Source: Pseudomonadota bacterium (GTDB lineage: Bacteria > Pseudomonadota > Alphaproteobacteria > Rhizobiales > Beijerinckiaceae). Taken from it: DNA of 64,000 nucleotides. This document shows positions 1 to 9,710 of the stretch, piece by piece. The notes beneath the pieces were generated by a model, which worked only from the letters and a program-made list of their open reading frames with translations, was not told the DNA's origin and ran no database searches. Within the stretch, counting starts at the first letter, position 1, and each line of letters starts with the position of its first letter. The stretch is from the NCBI GenBank assembly GCA_021804825.1, contig JAJZGX010000002.1, positions 2,760 to 66,759 of the forward strand, written 5' to 3'. Position numbers and translations under genes: made by a program.

Positions 1-641
1 ATGGCATCGTCGCGGCTGTCCTGCAGGGCATAAATCGTATCATAGCCGATGGTCCAGGCGATGGCTGCGGCATAGAGCGCCAGACTTGGCAGCGCTACAT
101 CCGCCATCTGCCCGGCCCATCCCATCAGACCGCCCCAGGCAAAGGCAAGGCCGAGCACGAATTGCGGCCACGACGTGATGCGTTTCATGAAGGGATAGAC
201 CGCGACAATCGCCAGGGAGGCAATGCCAAGCGCGATGGTGAAGCGGTTGAAGCACAGCAAGATTGCCAAACCGACCAGCGCTTCCACCAGCATGAAGCCC
301 GCCGCCGCCTTGGCGCTGACGCGTCCCGACGGCAAGGGCCGGTTGCGTGTGCGCTCGACATTGGCATCAATGTGTCGATCAACGATGTCATTATAGGTGG
401 AGCCGGCCCCGCGCATGACGATGGCCCCCAGCGCCAGCAGCAGCAATTGCCCCCAGGCAGGCCCGGCATGGCGGGCGATGGAAGCCAAAGCGCTCGACCA
501 CCAGCAAGGCGCCAGCAGCAATTGCCAGCCGATCGGGCGATCAAGCCGCGCCAGTTGCGCGAAAGCCTGCAGGCGCCCGGACGCCAACCGCGCCGCCAGA
601 CTGCCCTGATCCGTGTCTGGAAGACCGGCGTTGCCGCTCAC
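1..641 (-). CDS. ubiA: 4-hydroxybenzoate polyprenyltransferase (UbiA family). N-terminal part only; the ORF runs off the left edge of the window.
   Basis: My own minus-strand translation from GTG at 641 gives VSGNAGLPDTDQGSLAARL..LARLDRPIGWQLLLAPCWW..GAGSTYNDIVDRHIDANVERTRNRPLPSGRVSAKA.. It carries the NDxxDxxxD prenyl-diphosphate motif and several hydrophobic helices. It is absent from the ORF track because there is no stop inside the window. The start codon is uncertain. Confidence 0.85.
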   Translation of the reverse strand, partial: MSGNAGLPDTDQGSLAARLASGRLQAFAQLARLDRPIGWQLLLAPCWWSSALASIARHAGPAWGQLLLLALGAIVMRGAGSTYNDIVDRHIDANVERTRNRPLPSGRVSAKAAAGFMLVEALVGLAILLCFNRFTIALGIASLAIVAVYPFMKRITSWPQFVLGLAFAWGGLMGWAGQMADVALPSLALYAAAIAWTIGYDTIYALQDSRDDA

Positions 642-651
642 ACTGCGGCAC

Positions 652-1125
652 TCACAGCGGGCCGCGTGGCAATTGTGTTGCCTGTTGTTGCAGCAATTGC
701 TGTTGCTGCTGCGCCATCCCGGCCGAACGCGCTGCCTGCATTTTCTTGATCTTCACCGCAATGGCGCAAGCCTTGCCGGCCATGGCCGTATCGCTGGAAT
801 GCGCTTTGACGATGCCGGCAACGGCAGCATCGGGAATGTGGCACCATGCGCCATTGGCCTTGAAATAGGTCGCCATTTTGCTTTCGATCAGCGAAAGGCG
901 GCGCAGCGACGGGCAGGCCGTGATGGGATTGAGCTTGCCATGCGTCGCCTTCATCGAGCGGTTCAGCGAAGCGATGATCGACAGGCGTGCCTTGATCAGG
1001 CCGGCAATGTCATTCTGGCAATCCAGCGCGAAAGCGGAGGGCACAGTCGCTGCAAGGCAAACTGCAACAAAGGCAATTCCTGAATAGAAGCTCTTCCGCA
1101 CCACGGCAAACTCTCCGCACATCAA
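652..1125 (-). CDS. Small secreted/periplasmic Cys-containing protein with a Gln-rich C-terminus (hypothetical)
   Basis: 157-aa ORF with a signal-peptide-like N-terminus (..SGIAFVAVCLAATVPSAFA/LDCQ), several Cys in the mature part and the tail AQQQQQLLQQQATQ. Its stop is 10 nt upstream of the ubiA GTG on the same strand. The exact start is uncertain. Confidence 0.55.
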   Translation of the reverse strand: MMCGEFAVVRKSFYSGIAFVAVCLAATVPSAFALDCQNDIAGLIKARLSIIASLNRSMKATHGKLNPITACPSLRRLSLIESKMATYFKANGAWCHIPDAAVAGIVKAHSSDTAMAGKACAIAVKIKKMQAARSAGMAQQQQQLLQQQATQLPRGPL

Positions 1126-1245
1126 CTTGACCGAAGGCCCAGGCGCATTGTCTGCCCAAGCGAAGTGCTTTATCCACTATCGCGCGACATTTCGCAAGAA
1201 TTGTGGCGAAGCGAGCGCAATTTGTGCCGGGAGTGATGTATCGCC

Positions 1246-1983
1246 ATGGATGAACGCGACGTTGCGGCGTGTCGTCTTTTTCTGGAAGGGCCTTTGCAAG
1301 GCGAGACGCGTGTCGCGCCCAGTGCCGACCAGAGCCATTATCTGTTGAATGTGCTGCGTCTCGAGGACGGGGCCGCGCTGCTGGTGTTTGACGGCCAAAA
1401 CGGCGAGTGGCGGGCACGCCTCGAGCGTGCTGGCAAGCGCGATGTCCGGCTGCACATCGGGGCACAGACGCGCGCGCAGCCCGCACCGCGCGCCGTCACG
1501 CTGGCTTTTGCACCGCTCAAACACGCCAGACTCGATTATATGGTGCAAAAGGCCGCCGAAATGGGGGCGACCAGGCTCGTGCCGTGCATCACCGCCCGCA
1601 CGCAGGTCGCCCGCGTCAATCACGCCCGGATGCTCGCCAATGTCGTGGAGGCCTGCGAGCAATGTGGTGTGCTTCAGGTGCCGCAGGTGGACGAACCCTT
1701 GCCTCTTGAGGCCTTTTTGGCGCGTCAGGCCGCGTCCGATTTGCTGATATTTGCCGATGAGGCCGCGCCGCCATCGCAGCCGCTGCAGGCCCTTTCTGCC
1801 GCCACCGAGGCCGCAGCCGTCACCTTGCTGATCGGCCCGGAAGGTGGCTTCACTGCGCAGGAGCGCGCGCAGGTTCTGGCGCGCCCGCATGTGCGACGAC
1901 TCTCGCTCGGACCGCGCATTCTGCGGGCAGATACTGCTGCCGTTGCCGGTCTGGCGCTGATTCAAGCCGTTCTGGGGACATAA
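1246..1983 (+). CDS. rsmE: 16S rRNA (uracil1498-N3)-methyltransferase RsmE
   Basis: 245-aa ORF starting at ATG 1246. The C-terminal LLIGPEGGFT..E and LGPRILRADTA motifs are typical of SPOUT RsmE. Confidence 0.9.
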   Translation: MDERDVAACRLFLEGPLQGETRVAPSADQSHYLLNVLRLEDGAALLVFDGQNGEWRARLERAGKRDVRLHIGAQTRAQPAPRAVTLAFAPLKHARLDYMVQKAAEMGATRLVPCITARTQVARVNHARMLANVVEACEQCGVLQVPQVDEPLPLEAFLARQAASDLLIFADEAAPPSQPLQALSAATEAAAVTLLIGPEGGFTAQERAQVLARPHVRRLSLGPRILRADTAAVAGLALIQAVLGT

Positions 1984-2122
1984 GTCGCGTGCCGAGGCTT
2001 ATGCCGTGCGATGAATTTTGACAGGTGACCCTGCATCATGCGACATGACTTCAAGGGGAACTTGCAGGATAGGATCGGGTGTTGTTTTGCAGCATGTCCG
2101 AAGATGCTTGCCGCTTGGGTCA

Positions 2123-5050
2123 ATGAATTTGTCTGCAATACAGCGATTTTTGCTCTTGGGTCTGGCGATGTGGGCGCTTCTCATGCGTCCAGGCTTTGCC
2201 GCTGATTCCGCGCCGCCGACCTCGGCACAGTCCGCAACGGCAGCAGCCCAGCCGGTGCGTGTACCGCTGAAGATCGCCGCCGTTGACCTGACCCATTCCA
2301 TCCGACTTTACGCTGCCAATGGCGACCATCTTCAGGTTGCGACCGCGCCGGGGTCTGATGGCATTGTGCGACGTATCGAGGTTTCGGCGCGCCATCCCGG
2401 CACGTCGCCGGACTGGTTCACGATCTCGCTCACGAACGATACCAGCGAGCAACTCGAGCGTTTGCTGGTGGCCCCGCATTTTCGGCTGGTGGGATCGGGC
2501 ATTCTGGCGCCGGATCTCGGATCGGGTCGCATTGTGGCGCTGACGGCGAGCCAGGGCTTCGCACCTGTGCGCCAGACCTCGCTGGATGCCGACATTTTCC
2601 GCCTGACCATCGACCCCGGTTCGACGGTCACCTATGTCGGCGAATTGCGCACGAAAACCTTGCCCGAGCTCGAACTTTGGCGGCCCACCGCCTACAAGGA
2701 CGGCCAGATCAGTCTGGCCCTCTACAAGGGCGTCATCATCGGCATTTCGGCTTTGCTGGCGCTGTTTCTGACGATTGTCTTTGTTGTGCGTCGCGGTGTG
2801 ATGTTTCCGGCTGCGGCGGCGCTGGCCTGGGCGGTGCTGGCCTATGTCAGTCTGGATTTCGGTTTCCTTGGCCAGATTTTTGCGTTTGCACAGCATCATG
2901 GCCCGGTTTTGCGCGCCGCGACCGAAACGATCCTTGCCGCAACCATGACGGTGTTTTTGTTCGCCTGGCTCAATCTTTCATCCTGGCACGTGCGCGCCTC
3001 GCGCTTTACTGCGCTGTGGCTCACTGCTCTGGCCTTGCTGGTCGGCCTGTCGATTTTTCAGCCGCAAATCGCCGCGACGCTGGCGCGTGTGTGTATCGCC
3101 ACTGTGGCGCTGGTAGGCTTCGCGCTCATCGTGTTTCTGGCGGCGCATCGCTATGAGCGGGCGATCATGCTGTTGCCTGCCTGGTTCGTCCTGCTGGCCT
3201 GGGTGATGGCGGCAGGCTTTGCCCTCAGCGGTGCCATCAACAATGCCTATGTGTCGCCGGCCTTGATTGGGGGGCTGGTGCTCATTGTCATGCTGGTCGG
3301 TTTCACGGTCATGCAAAATGCCATTGCCGGAGGCGGGCTGTCTGAAGGTGTGGTCAATGATGCCGAGCTGCGTGCTCTGGCGCTGGCGGGTTCCGGCGAT
3401 ATCATCTTTGACTGGGATGTGGTTGCCGATCATGTCCATACCAGCGGCGAACTTGCCCATCAGCTCAATCTGCGCCCCGGGCAACTCGATGGCCCGGCGC
3501 TCGGCTTTGTCGAGACGCTGCACGTCAATGATCGCGATAATTTCCGCGCTTGCCTCGATGCGGTCATCGAGCAGGCGCAGGGGCGCATTTCACAGAATTT
3601 CCGCCTGCGCTCGCATGACGGCTATTACCTCTGGTTCAACCTCAAGGCGCGTCCGGTCGTGGCGGCGGATGGCACCGTGGTGCGCGTGATCGGCACGCTG
3701 GCCGATGTCACCGAGGCGCATGTTTCCCAAGAGCGTTTGCTGCGCGATGCCGTGCACGATAATCTGACGGGCCTGCCCAACCGCCCGTTGTTTTTTGACC
3801 GGCTCGACGCGGCGCTGGCCATGGCCCGGGCCGACTCGACGCTGCGCCCCACCGTGCTGACCATCGATATCGACCGGTTCCGCCAGGTCAACGAAGCCGC
3901 GGGGCTGCCGGCTGGCGATTCGGTTCTGCTCGCCATGGCTCGGCGGCTCGGACGCCTGCTGAAGCCTCAGGATTGTCTGGCGCGTCTTGCCGGAGATCAA
4001 TTTGCGCTGCTGCTGATGTCGGAACCACAAAGCGATCAGGTCATTGTTTTTGCTGATGGAGTGCGCAAGGCGCTCGCCATTCCGGTTGAAGTCAACCAGC
4101 GCAATGTGGCTTTGACCGCCTCGCTTGGCCTCGCGCTCTATGACCCGCAATTGCATCCTCTCGGCGAGGACATGCTGAAGGACGCTGAAATCGCCATGCG
4201 GCATGCCAAGCGCATCGGCGGCAACCGCATTGAAGTTTTCCGGGCCGGCATGCGCGCCTCGCGCACCGATCGGCTGGTGCTGCAAACCGATCTTGCCGGG
4301 GCGATGGAACGGGGCGAAATGAAGGTCTATTACCAGCCGATCATCCGGCTGGAAGATCGCACCATCGCCGGTTTTGAAGCGCTGCTGCGCTGGGACCATC
4401 CGCGCCTTGGCCGCATTGCCCCCGCGACCTTCATCCCGATTGCCGAAGAGACCGGCATCATCATTGATCTCGGCATTTTCGTGCTGGAGCGTGCGGCGCG
4501 CGAACTCGCCGCCTGGCAGCGGGCCGTCAACGTCACACCGCCGATTTTTGCAAGCATCAACATCTCGTCGCGGCAGCTGCTGCGCCATGACCTGCTGCGC
4601 GACGTGCGCAATGTGCTCAGCCGCACGCAGGTGACCCGCGGCAGCCTGAAACTTGAGCTGACCGAAAGCATGGTGATGGAAAGCCCGGAATTTGCAGCGC
4701 AAATGCTGACACGCATCCGCGAACTGGGTGCAGGCCTGTCGCTCGATGATTTTGGAACCGGCTTTTCCAGCCTGTCTTATCTGCAGCGCTTCCCGTTTGA
4801 CACGATCAAGATCGACCAGTCTTTCGTGCGCCAGAATGGCAAGGGTGCAAGGCCGGTGATCCTGCGCTCGATTGTCGGCATGGCGCATGATCTCGGCATG
4901 GAAGTGGTGGCGGAGGGCGCCGAAAGCGAATCCGACGTGATCGAGCTCTATCAATTGGGCTGCCAATATGCCCAGGGCTATGCGTTTCGCGAGCCGGTGA
5001 CCGCCGACGAAGCCCGCAAAATGATGGGCGCAAGCCAGGCGGCGGCTTGA
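2123..5050 (+). CDS. Membrane sensor protein: periplasmic domain + 7TM (7TMR-DISM-like) + PAS + degenerate GGDEF + EAL (probable c-di-GMP phosphodiesterase)
   Basis: Start re-set to ATG 2123 (MNLSAIQRFLLLGLAMWALLM.., signal/TM). A run of about 7 hydrophobic helices is followed by a PAS-like segment. The GGDEF position reads AGDQF (3989-4003). The EAL domain looks intact (GFEALLRW, ELTES, DDFGTGFSSLSYL, KIDQSF, EGAES, QGYAF). Confidence 0.9.
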   Translation: MNLSAIQRFLLLGLAMWALLMRPGFAADSAPPTSAQSATAAAQPVRVPLKIAAVDLTHSIRLYAANGDHLQVATAPGSDGIVRRIEVSARHPGTSPDWFTISLTNDTSEQLERLLVAPHFRLVGSGILAPDLGSGRIVALTASQGFAPVRQTSLDADIFRLTIDPGSTVTYVGELRTKTLPELELWRPTAYKDGQISLALYKGVIIGISALLALFLTIVFVVRRGVMFPAAAALAWAVLAYVSLDFGFLGQIFAFAQHHGPVLRAATETILAATMTVFLFAWLNLSSWHVRASRFTALWLTALALLVGLSIFQPQIAATLARVCIATVALVGFALIVFLAAHRYERAIMLLPAWFVLLAWVMAAGFALSGAINNAYVSPALIGGLVLIVMLVGFTVMQNAIAGGGLSEGVVNDAELRALALAGSGDIIFDWDVVADHVHTSGELAHQLNLRPGQLDGPALGFVETLHVNDRDNFRACLDAVIEQAQGRISQNFRLRSHDGYYLWFNLKARPVVAADGTVVRVIGTLADVTEAHVSQERLLRDAVHDNLTGLPNRPLFFDRLDAALAMARADSTLRPTVLTIDIDRFRQVNEAAGLPAGDSVLLAMARRLGRLLKPQDCLARLAGDQFALLLMSEPQSDQVIVFADGVRKALAIPVEVNQRNVALTASLGLALYDPQLHPLGEDMLKDAEIAMRHAKRIGGNRIEVFRAGMRASRTDRLVLQTDLAGAMERGEMKVYYQPIIRLEDRTIAGFEALLRWDHPRLGRIAPATFIPIAEETGIIIDLGIFVLERAARELAAWQRAVNVTPPIFASINISSRQLLRHDLLRDVRNVLSRTQVTRGSLKLELTESMVMESPEFAAQMLTRIRELGAGLSLDDFGTGFSSLSYLQRFPFDTIKIDQSFVRQNGKGARPVILRSIVGMAHDLGMEVVAEGAESESDVIELYQLGCQYAQGYAFREPVTADEARKMMGASQAAA

Positions 5051-5158
5051 TTTGCCCCGTCACGTCTAGCCCAGCCCATGAGATTGTCGTAAGACTTCGC
5101 GCCTGTCGCAGGGCGTTGAGCCTTGGCTGAAGCATCAACCCGAACCAAAGGACTTCCC

Positions 5159-5872
5159 ATGCGCCCTTCCAACCGCGCGGCCCACGTCATGCGCCCCGTT
5201 TCGCTGGAGCGCAACGTCGCCCGCTATGCCGAAGGCTCGTGTCTGGTGAAATTTGGCGAGACGCATGTGCTGTGCACGGCCTCGCTCGAAGACAAGCCAC
5301 CGGCGTGGCTGCGCGGGCAGGGTCGCGGCTGGGTGACAGCCGAATATGCGATGTTGCCGCGCGCCACCCACACCCGCACCAAACGCGAATCGACAGCGGG
5401 CAAGCCTTCCGGTCGCACCCAGGAAATCCAGCGCCTGATCGGGCGATCCTTGCGCGCTGTCACCAATCTGCAAGCCCTCGGCGAACGCGCCATCTCGATT
5501 GATTGCGACGTGCTGCAGGCCGATGGTGGCACCAGAACGGCCGCCATCACCGGCGCCTGGGTGGCACTGCATGAATGCTTCAAATGGATGCGCCAGCGCT
5601 CGATCATCCGCGACAATCCGCTGCGTGATCATGTGGCGGCAGTATCTTGCGGGGTGTTTCAGGGCGAAACCGTGCTTGATCTCGATTATGCCGAAGACAG
5701 CGCTGCTGAAACCGATGCCAATTTTGTCATCACAGGATCGGGTGGTCTGGTCGAAGTGCAGGCGACCGCCGAGGGTGCGCCTTTCAGCGAGGCGCAACTG
5801 GTCAGCTTTCTGGCGCTCGCACGCGGCGGCATCATTGATCTCGTCACCTTGCAAAAAGCCACGGTGGCCTGA
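5159..5872 (+). CDS. rph: Ribonuclease PH
   Basis: [57 protein letters not shown]; length 237 aa from ATG 5159. Confidence 0.95.
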   Translation: MRPSNRAAHVMRPVSLERNVARYAEGSCLVKFGETHVLCTASLEDKPPAWLRGQGRGWVTAEYAMLPRATHTRTKRESTAGKPSGRTQEIQRLIGRSLRAVTNLQALGERAISIDCDVLQADGGTRTAAITGAWVALHECFKWMRQRSIIRDNPLRDHVAAVSCGVFQGETVLDLDYAEDSAAETDANFVITGSGGLVEVQATAEGAPFSEAQLVSFLALARGGIIDLVTLQKATVA

Positions 5873-5874
5873 TC

Positions 5875-6495
5875 ATGGGGCGCAAACTGCAAGGCCGCCT
5901 GATCATCGCCACCCATAATGCCGGCAAATTATGGGAGATGCAGCGGCTGCTGGCTCCCCATGGTGTCGATGCGATTTCGGCGGGCGAACTCGGCCTGCCG
6001 GAACCACCCGAGACCGGCACAACTTTCATCGCCAATGCCCGGCTCAAAGCTCATGCTGCCATGACGGCGACAGGCCTGCCCGCCTTTGCCGATGACAGCG
6101 GCATGTGTGTCGATGCACTTGACGGTGCACCGGGCGTCTATTCTGCCGATTGGGCCGGCAATCCTCGTGATTTCGGGGCGGCGATGGATCGTGTCGAGCG
6201 CGAGCTTTTGGCAATGGGCATGCTGGGTTCGCGCGCCAGTTTCAACTCGACACTGATCATTGCGTGGCCCGATGGCCATGAAGCCATATTCGAGGGCAGC
6301 GTTGCCGGTGCCTTGGTGTTTCCGCGACGCGGCACTCAAGGCTTTGGCTATGATCCGATCTTCCTGCCCGACGGCGAGAGCCGCACCTTCGGGGAAATGA
6401 TGGCGGAGGAGAAAAACGCCGTGCCCGATGATGACCGGCTGCCCATTTCCCACCGGGCGCGCGCCTTCGTCAAACTGCGGGCGGCGTGTCTTTAG
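5875..6495 (+). CDS. rdgB: dITP/XTP pyrophosphatase (RdgB/HAM1 family)
   Basis: 206 aa, starting 3 nt after rph. Motifs ..IIATHNAGKLWEM.., FADDSG, GFGYDPIF, ISHRARA. The rph-rdgB pairing is conserved. Confidence 0.93.
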   Translation: MGRKLQGRLIIATHNAGKLWEMQRLLAPHGVDAISAGELGLPEPPETGTTFIANARLKAHAAMTATGLPAFADDSGMCVDALDGAPGVYSADWAGNPRDFGAAMDRVERELLAMGMLGSRASFNSTLIIAWPDGHEAIFEGSVAGALVFPRRGTQGFGYDPIFLPDGESRTFGEMMAEEKNAVPDDDRLPISHRARAFVKLRAACL

Positions 6496-8119
6496 GCGTC
6501 GCCATGAGCGCGCGAGCCTCGCGGTCGAGCCCTTGCAGCAAGGTGTGGACCTTGCGCTTGCGGCGATGAAACGCGGCAATCTCACCTTGCGCGGGCAGGT
6601 TTTGCGCAGCATCGCGTGACATGGCGGCCATGCCCTGCTCCAACGAGTCAAAGGCCCCCGCCGCTACGCCGCCGAGCATGGCGGCGCCGAGCAAAACCGG
6701 CTCGTCCGTTGCCGGCAAACTGACGATCCGCCCGGTCGCGTCGGCGATGATCTGCCTTGCCAGCGGACTGCGGCCAAGCCCACCCGAGATAACAATGGTA
6801 TCCTGACGGGTGAGGCCGCTTCGCTCCTGCTGGTCGAGAATATCGGCAAGGCCATAAGCCAGCCCGCACAGGGCGGCGATGTGCAATCGCAACAGGCTGG
6901 CCGCATCCTCCGTCAATGCGATGCCCGACCATACCCCGCGCATTTCAGGATCAGCCAAGGGCGAGCGGTTGCCGTTGACATCGGCCAGAATATGGACGTC
7001 GCGGGCCAACAAAGCCGCTTGCGAAAGATCAGGCGCGGCGGCTCTGGCCGCTTTTTCAAGCTCCTCGAACAAGCCTGCCTTCAGACCGCCATCGGGGCCG
7101 CGTGCCAGCGGATGCGTGAGCAGAAAGCGATCGAGCGCCGCCCCGGCCGCGGACATGCCGCCTTCGGTCAGCCAATTGCCGGGCGTTATGGCATCATAAT
7201 AAGGCCCCCACAGGCCATTGACGCCGATTTCTCCGGGTGACAGGCTCATGCAGCAGGCCGATGTGCCCATGATCAACGCCATGCGGTGGCGCGGATCGAC
7301 GGTTTTGCCAGCGGCATCACGGCCACCGAGCGTCGCCAGCGCGCCAGCATGCGCATCGATCAGCGCGGCGGCGACCTTGATGCCCGGCATCAGGCCGAGG
7401 TCGTCAGCTGCCTTCTGGCTCAGGCCGGCACCCAGAGGCGTGCCCGGCGGGACAATCCTGTTGCCGATACGGGCGTGATCGGCCTCTTTGAGATCGCCCA
7501 GCCCGATCTCGTCGAGATAGCTGTCGTCCCAGCGATGCTCATGGGCAACCCAGGTCCATTTGCACACCAGCGCACAAGTCGAGCGGGTGAGATCTTCGGT
7601 GGCACGAAAGGTAAGCCAGTCGCTGAGATCGAGAAAATGGCTGGTCAAATCATAAGAGCCGCGCAAATTTTCCTTCAACCACAGCAGCTTGGGCGTTTCC
7701 ATCTCGGGCGAAATCGCTCCCCCGACATAGCGCAGGACGCGGTGCCGCGTCGCGTTGATGCGCGTCGCCTGTGCGGTGGCGCGGTGATCCATCCAGACGA
7801 TGACATTGCGGCGGGGATCCTGCTCCGGCCCAACCGGTACCGGCTGAAACAGGGCATCAAGCAGAACCAGCGAACATGTGGCATCAAAGCCAATGCCGCG
7901 CACATCGACGGCATGGGCTCCGGCCGCCTGCATCGCCGCTTTGACGCTGGAGCAGGTCGCCGACCAGATATCATCCGACGATTGCTCGACCCGTTCACCC
8001 GCCGCACGCCAGATCTTGATGTCGTGCTTGCCGACACCCTTCAAGGTGCCGGCCGCATCGAACAATCCCGCGCGGACGCTGCCGGTGCCGACATCGACCC
8101 CCAGATATAATTCAGCCAT
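6470..8119 (-). CDS. FGGY-family pentulose/ribulose kinase
   Basis: 549 aa. The N-terminal LGVDVGTGSVRAGLFD ATPase motif and FGGY-type C-terminal domain resemble the FGGY pentulose kinase subfamily. It is the last gene of the polyol operon. Confidence 0.85.
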   Translation of the reverse strand: MAELYLGVDVGTGSVRAGLFDAAGTLKGVGKHDIKIWRAAGERVEQSSDDIWSATCSSVKAAMQAAGAHAVDVRGIGFDATCSLVLLDALFQPVPVGPEQDPRRNVIVWMDHRATAQATRINATRHRVLRYVGGAISPEMETPKLLWLKENLRGSYDLTSHFLDLSDWLTFRATEDLTRSTCALVCKWTWVAHEHRWDDSYLDEIGLGDLKEADHARIGNRIVPPGTPLGAGLSQKAADDLGLMPGIKVAAALIDAHAGALATLGGRDAAGKTVDPRHRMALIMGTSACCMSLSPGEIGVNGLWGPYYDAITPGNWLTEGGMSAAGAALDRFLLTHPLARGPDGGLKAGLFEELEKAARAAAPDLSQAALLARDVHILADVNGNRSPLADPEMRGVWSGIALTEDAASLLRLHIAALCGLAYGLADILDQQERSGLTRQDTIVISGGLGRSPLARQIIADATGRIVSLPATDEPVLLGAAMLGGVAAGAFDSLEQGMAAMSRDAAQNLPAQGEIAAFHRRKRKVHTLLQGLDREARALMATPKDTPPAV

Positions 8120-8147
8120 TTCACCCTGCTCCGGCTTTTGCGTCAGC

Positions 8148-8921
8148 TTACCAGCAGGTATAGCCGCCGTCGACCAGCATGATCGAACCGGTCATCAGGC
8201 TCGAAGCATCGCTCGCCAGGAACAGTACGGCCGAAGCGATTTCATGAGGTTGGCCGAGCCGCGCCATCGGCGTCATGTCGAGCCATTTCTTGAACATCTT
8301 TTTGTTGGTCTTGGCAAAGGCGGTCAGCGGCGTCTCGATATAGGTGGGCGCAACCGAATTGACCCTGACTTTGCGCTTGGCCCATTCGGCGGCCAGCGAT
8401 TTGGTCAGATGGTGCACCGCCGCCTTGGAAGCATTGTAATAGCTCTGCTCCTGCGGCATGTTGACGATAAAGCCGGACATCGAGCCGATGTTGACGATCG
8501 AACCACGCTTGGCGGTCAGCATGTGATTGCCGAAGGCGCGGCAGCACCAGAACGTGCCGTTGAGATTGACATCGAGGACATTGAGCCAATGCTCGTCGGT
8601 CACCGTTTCGGCCGGCGTCTCGCTGCGGGCAATGCCGGCATTGTTCACCAGAATGTCGATATGGCCATGCTTGGCGTTGAGTTCATCCGCAACTTGCGTA
8701 ACGCGCTTTGAGTCCGTCACGTCCATCTTGATGATGTCAGGCGCATAGCCCTTGGCTTTCATCGCATCGCGGCCTTCTTCGGCAACGCCCATATCGGCAT
8801 CGGCGATGATGACGTGCGCGCCTGCCTCGGACAGGGCCTCAACGCAGGCAAGGCCAATGCCGCGCCCGCCGCCCGTCACCACAGCATTGCGGCCCTTGAC
8901 CTTGAATTTCTTCATATACAT
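8148..8921 (-). CDS. Short-chain dehydrogenase, galactitol/polyol 2-dehydrogenase-like
   Basis: 257 aa with TGGGRGIG cofactor motif, YxxxK (YNASKAAVHHL) and C-terminal LVDGGYTCW. It resembles Rhodobacter GatDH-type SDRs from memory. AAGGAG RBS lies 8 nt upstream of ATG 8921. Confidence 0.8.
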   Translation of the reverse strand: MYMKKFKVKGRNAVVTGGGRGIGLACVEALSEAGAHVIIADADMGVAEEGRDAMKAKGYAPDIIKMDVTDSKRVTQVADELNAKHGHIDILVNNAGIARSETPAETVTDEHWLNVLDVNLNGTFWCCRAFGNHMLTAKRGSIVNIGSMSGFIVNMPQEQSYYNASKAAVHHLTKSLAAEWAKRKVRVNSVAPTYIETPLTAFAKTNKKMFKKWLDMTPMARLGQPHEIASAVLFLASDASSLMTGSIMLVDGGYTCW

Positions 8922-8939
8922 CGAAAGTGCTCCTTAAGT

Positions 8940-9710
8940 TCAACTCATCCAATTGCCGCCGTCGACATTCAATGTCTGGGCAACGACATAATCACTTTCC
9001 GGCGAAGCCAGAAACACAGCGGCACCGACATGATCCTCCGGGCGGCCCATGCGCCCAAAGGGCACGGCCTCGCCCACCAGCCGCTTCTTCTCGCCCAGCG
9101 GCCGATGCTCATATTTGGCAAAAAGCGCGTCGACTTCGGCCCACATCGGCGTATCAACAACGCCCGGCGCAATACCATTGACGTTGATGCGATCCCTGAT
9201 CAGCGCAAGCCCGGCCGATTGCGTGATTGAAATCACCGCCGCCTTGCTGGCGCAATAGGTCGCGACCAGAGGTTCGCCGCGCCGCCCGGCTTGCGAAGCC
9301 ATATTGATGATTTTTCCGCCATTGCCGCGTGTCACCATGGCTTTGGCGCAGTCTTGCAGCATGAACAGCAGGCCTTTGACATTGACTGCAAACACTCTGT
9401 CATAGCTCTTTTCGCTGATCTCGAGCATCGGCCCCATGTCGAAAATGGCGGCGTTATTGACCAGAATATCGATGCCGCCCCAGGTTCCGAGGCAGGCTTC
9501 GATGGTCGCCTGCCGCGAGATTGCGGAGGTGACATCGAGATGCACCGCCATGGTCTGCGGGCCAAGGGCAGCCGCGGTCTGCCGCGCGGCCTCGTGTGAA
9601 ATATCGGCAATGGCGACGCGTGCGCCCTCTTTCACATAGGCCGCGGCAATGGCCGCCCCTATGCCGCCGGCCGCGCCCGTGATGATGGCCGTTTTGCCTT
9701 GCAGTCTCAT
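8940..9710 (-). CDS. smoS: Sorbitol (L-iditol) 2-dehydrogenase, SDR family
   Basis: 256 aa: [66 protein letters not shown]. It is nearly collinear with the Rhodobacter sphaeroides sorbitol dehydrogenase as I recall it. ATGA overlap with smoK. Confidence 0.88.
   Translation of the reverse strand: MRLQGKTAIITGAAGGIGAAIAAAYVKEGARVAIADISHEAARQTAAALGPQTMAVHLDVTSAISRQATIEACLGTWGGIDILVNNAAIFDMGPMLEISEKSYDRVFAVNVKGLLFMLQDCAKAMVTRGNGGKIINMASQAGRRGEPLVATYCASKAAVISITQSAGLALIRDRINVNGIAPGVVDTPMWAEVDALFAKYEHRPLGEKKRLVGEAVPFGRMGRPEDHVGAAVFLASPESDYVVAQTLNVDGGNWMS

Noticed and set aside
162-1083. Plus-strand ORFs 162-749, 397-609 and 613-1083 at the left end
   Set aside because: They overlap the minus-strand ubiA, which has clear UbiA motifs, and the signal-peptide protein. 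Their composition is low-complexity Arg/Ala/Gln.
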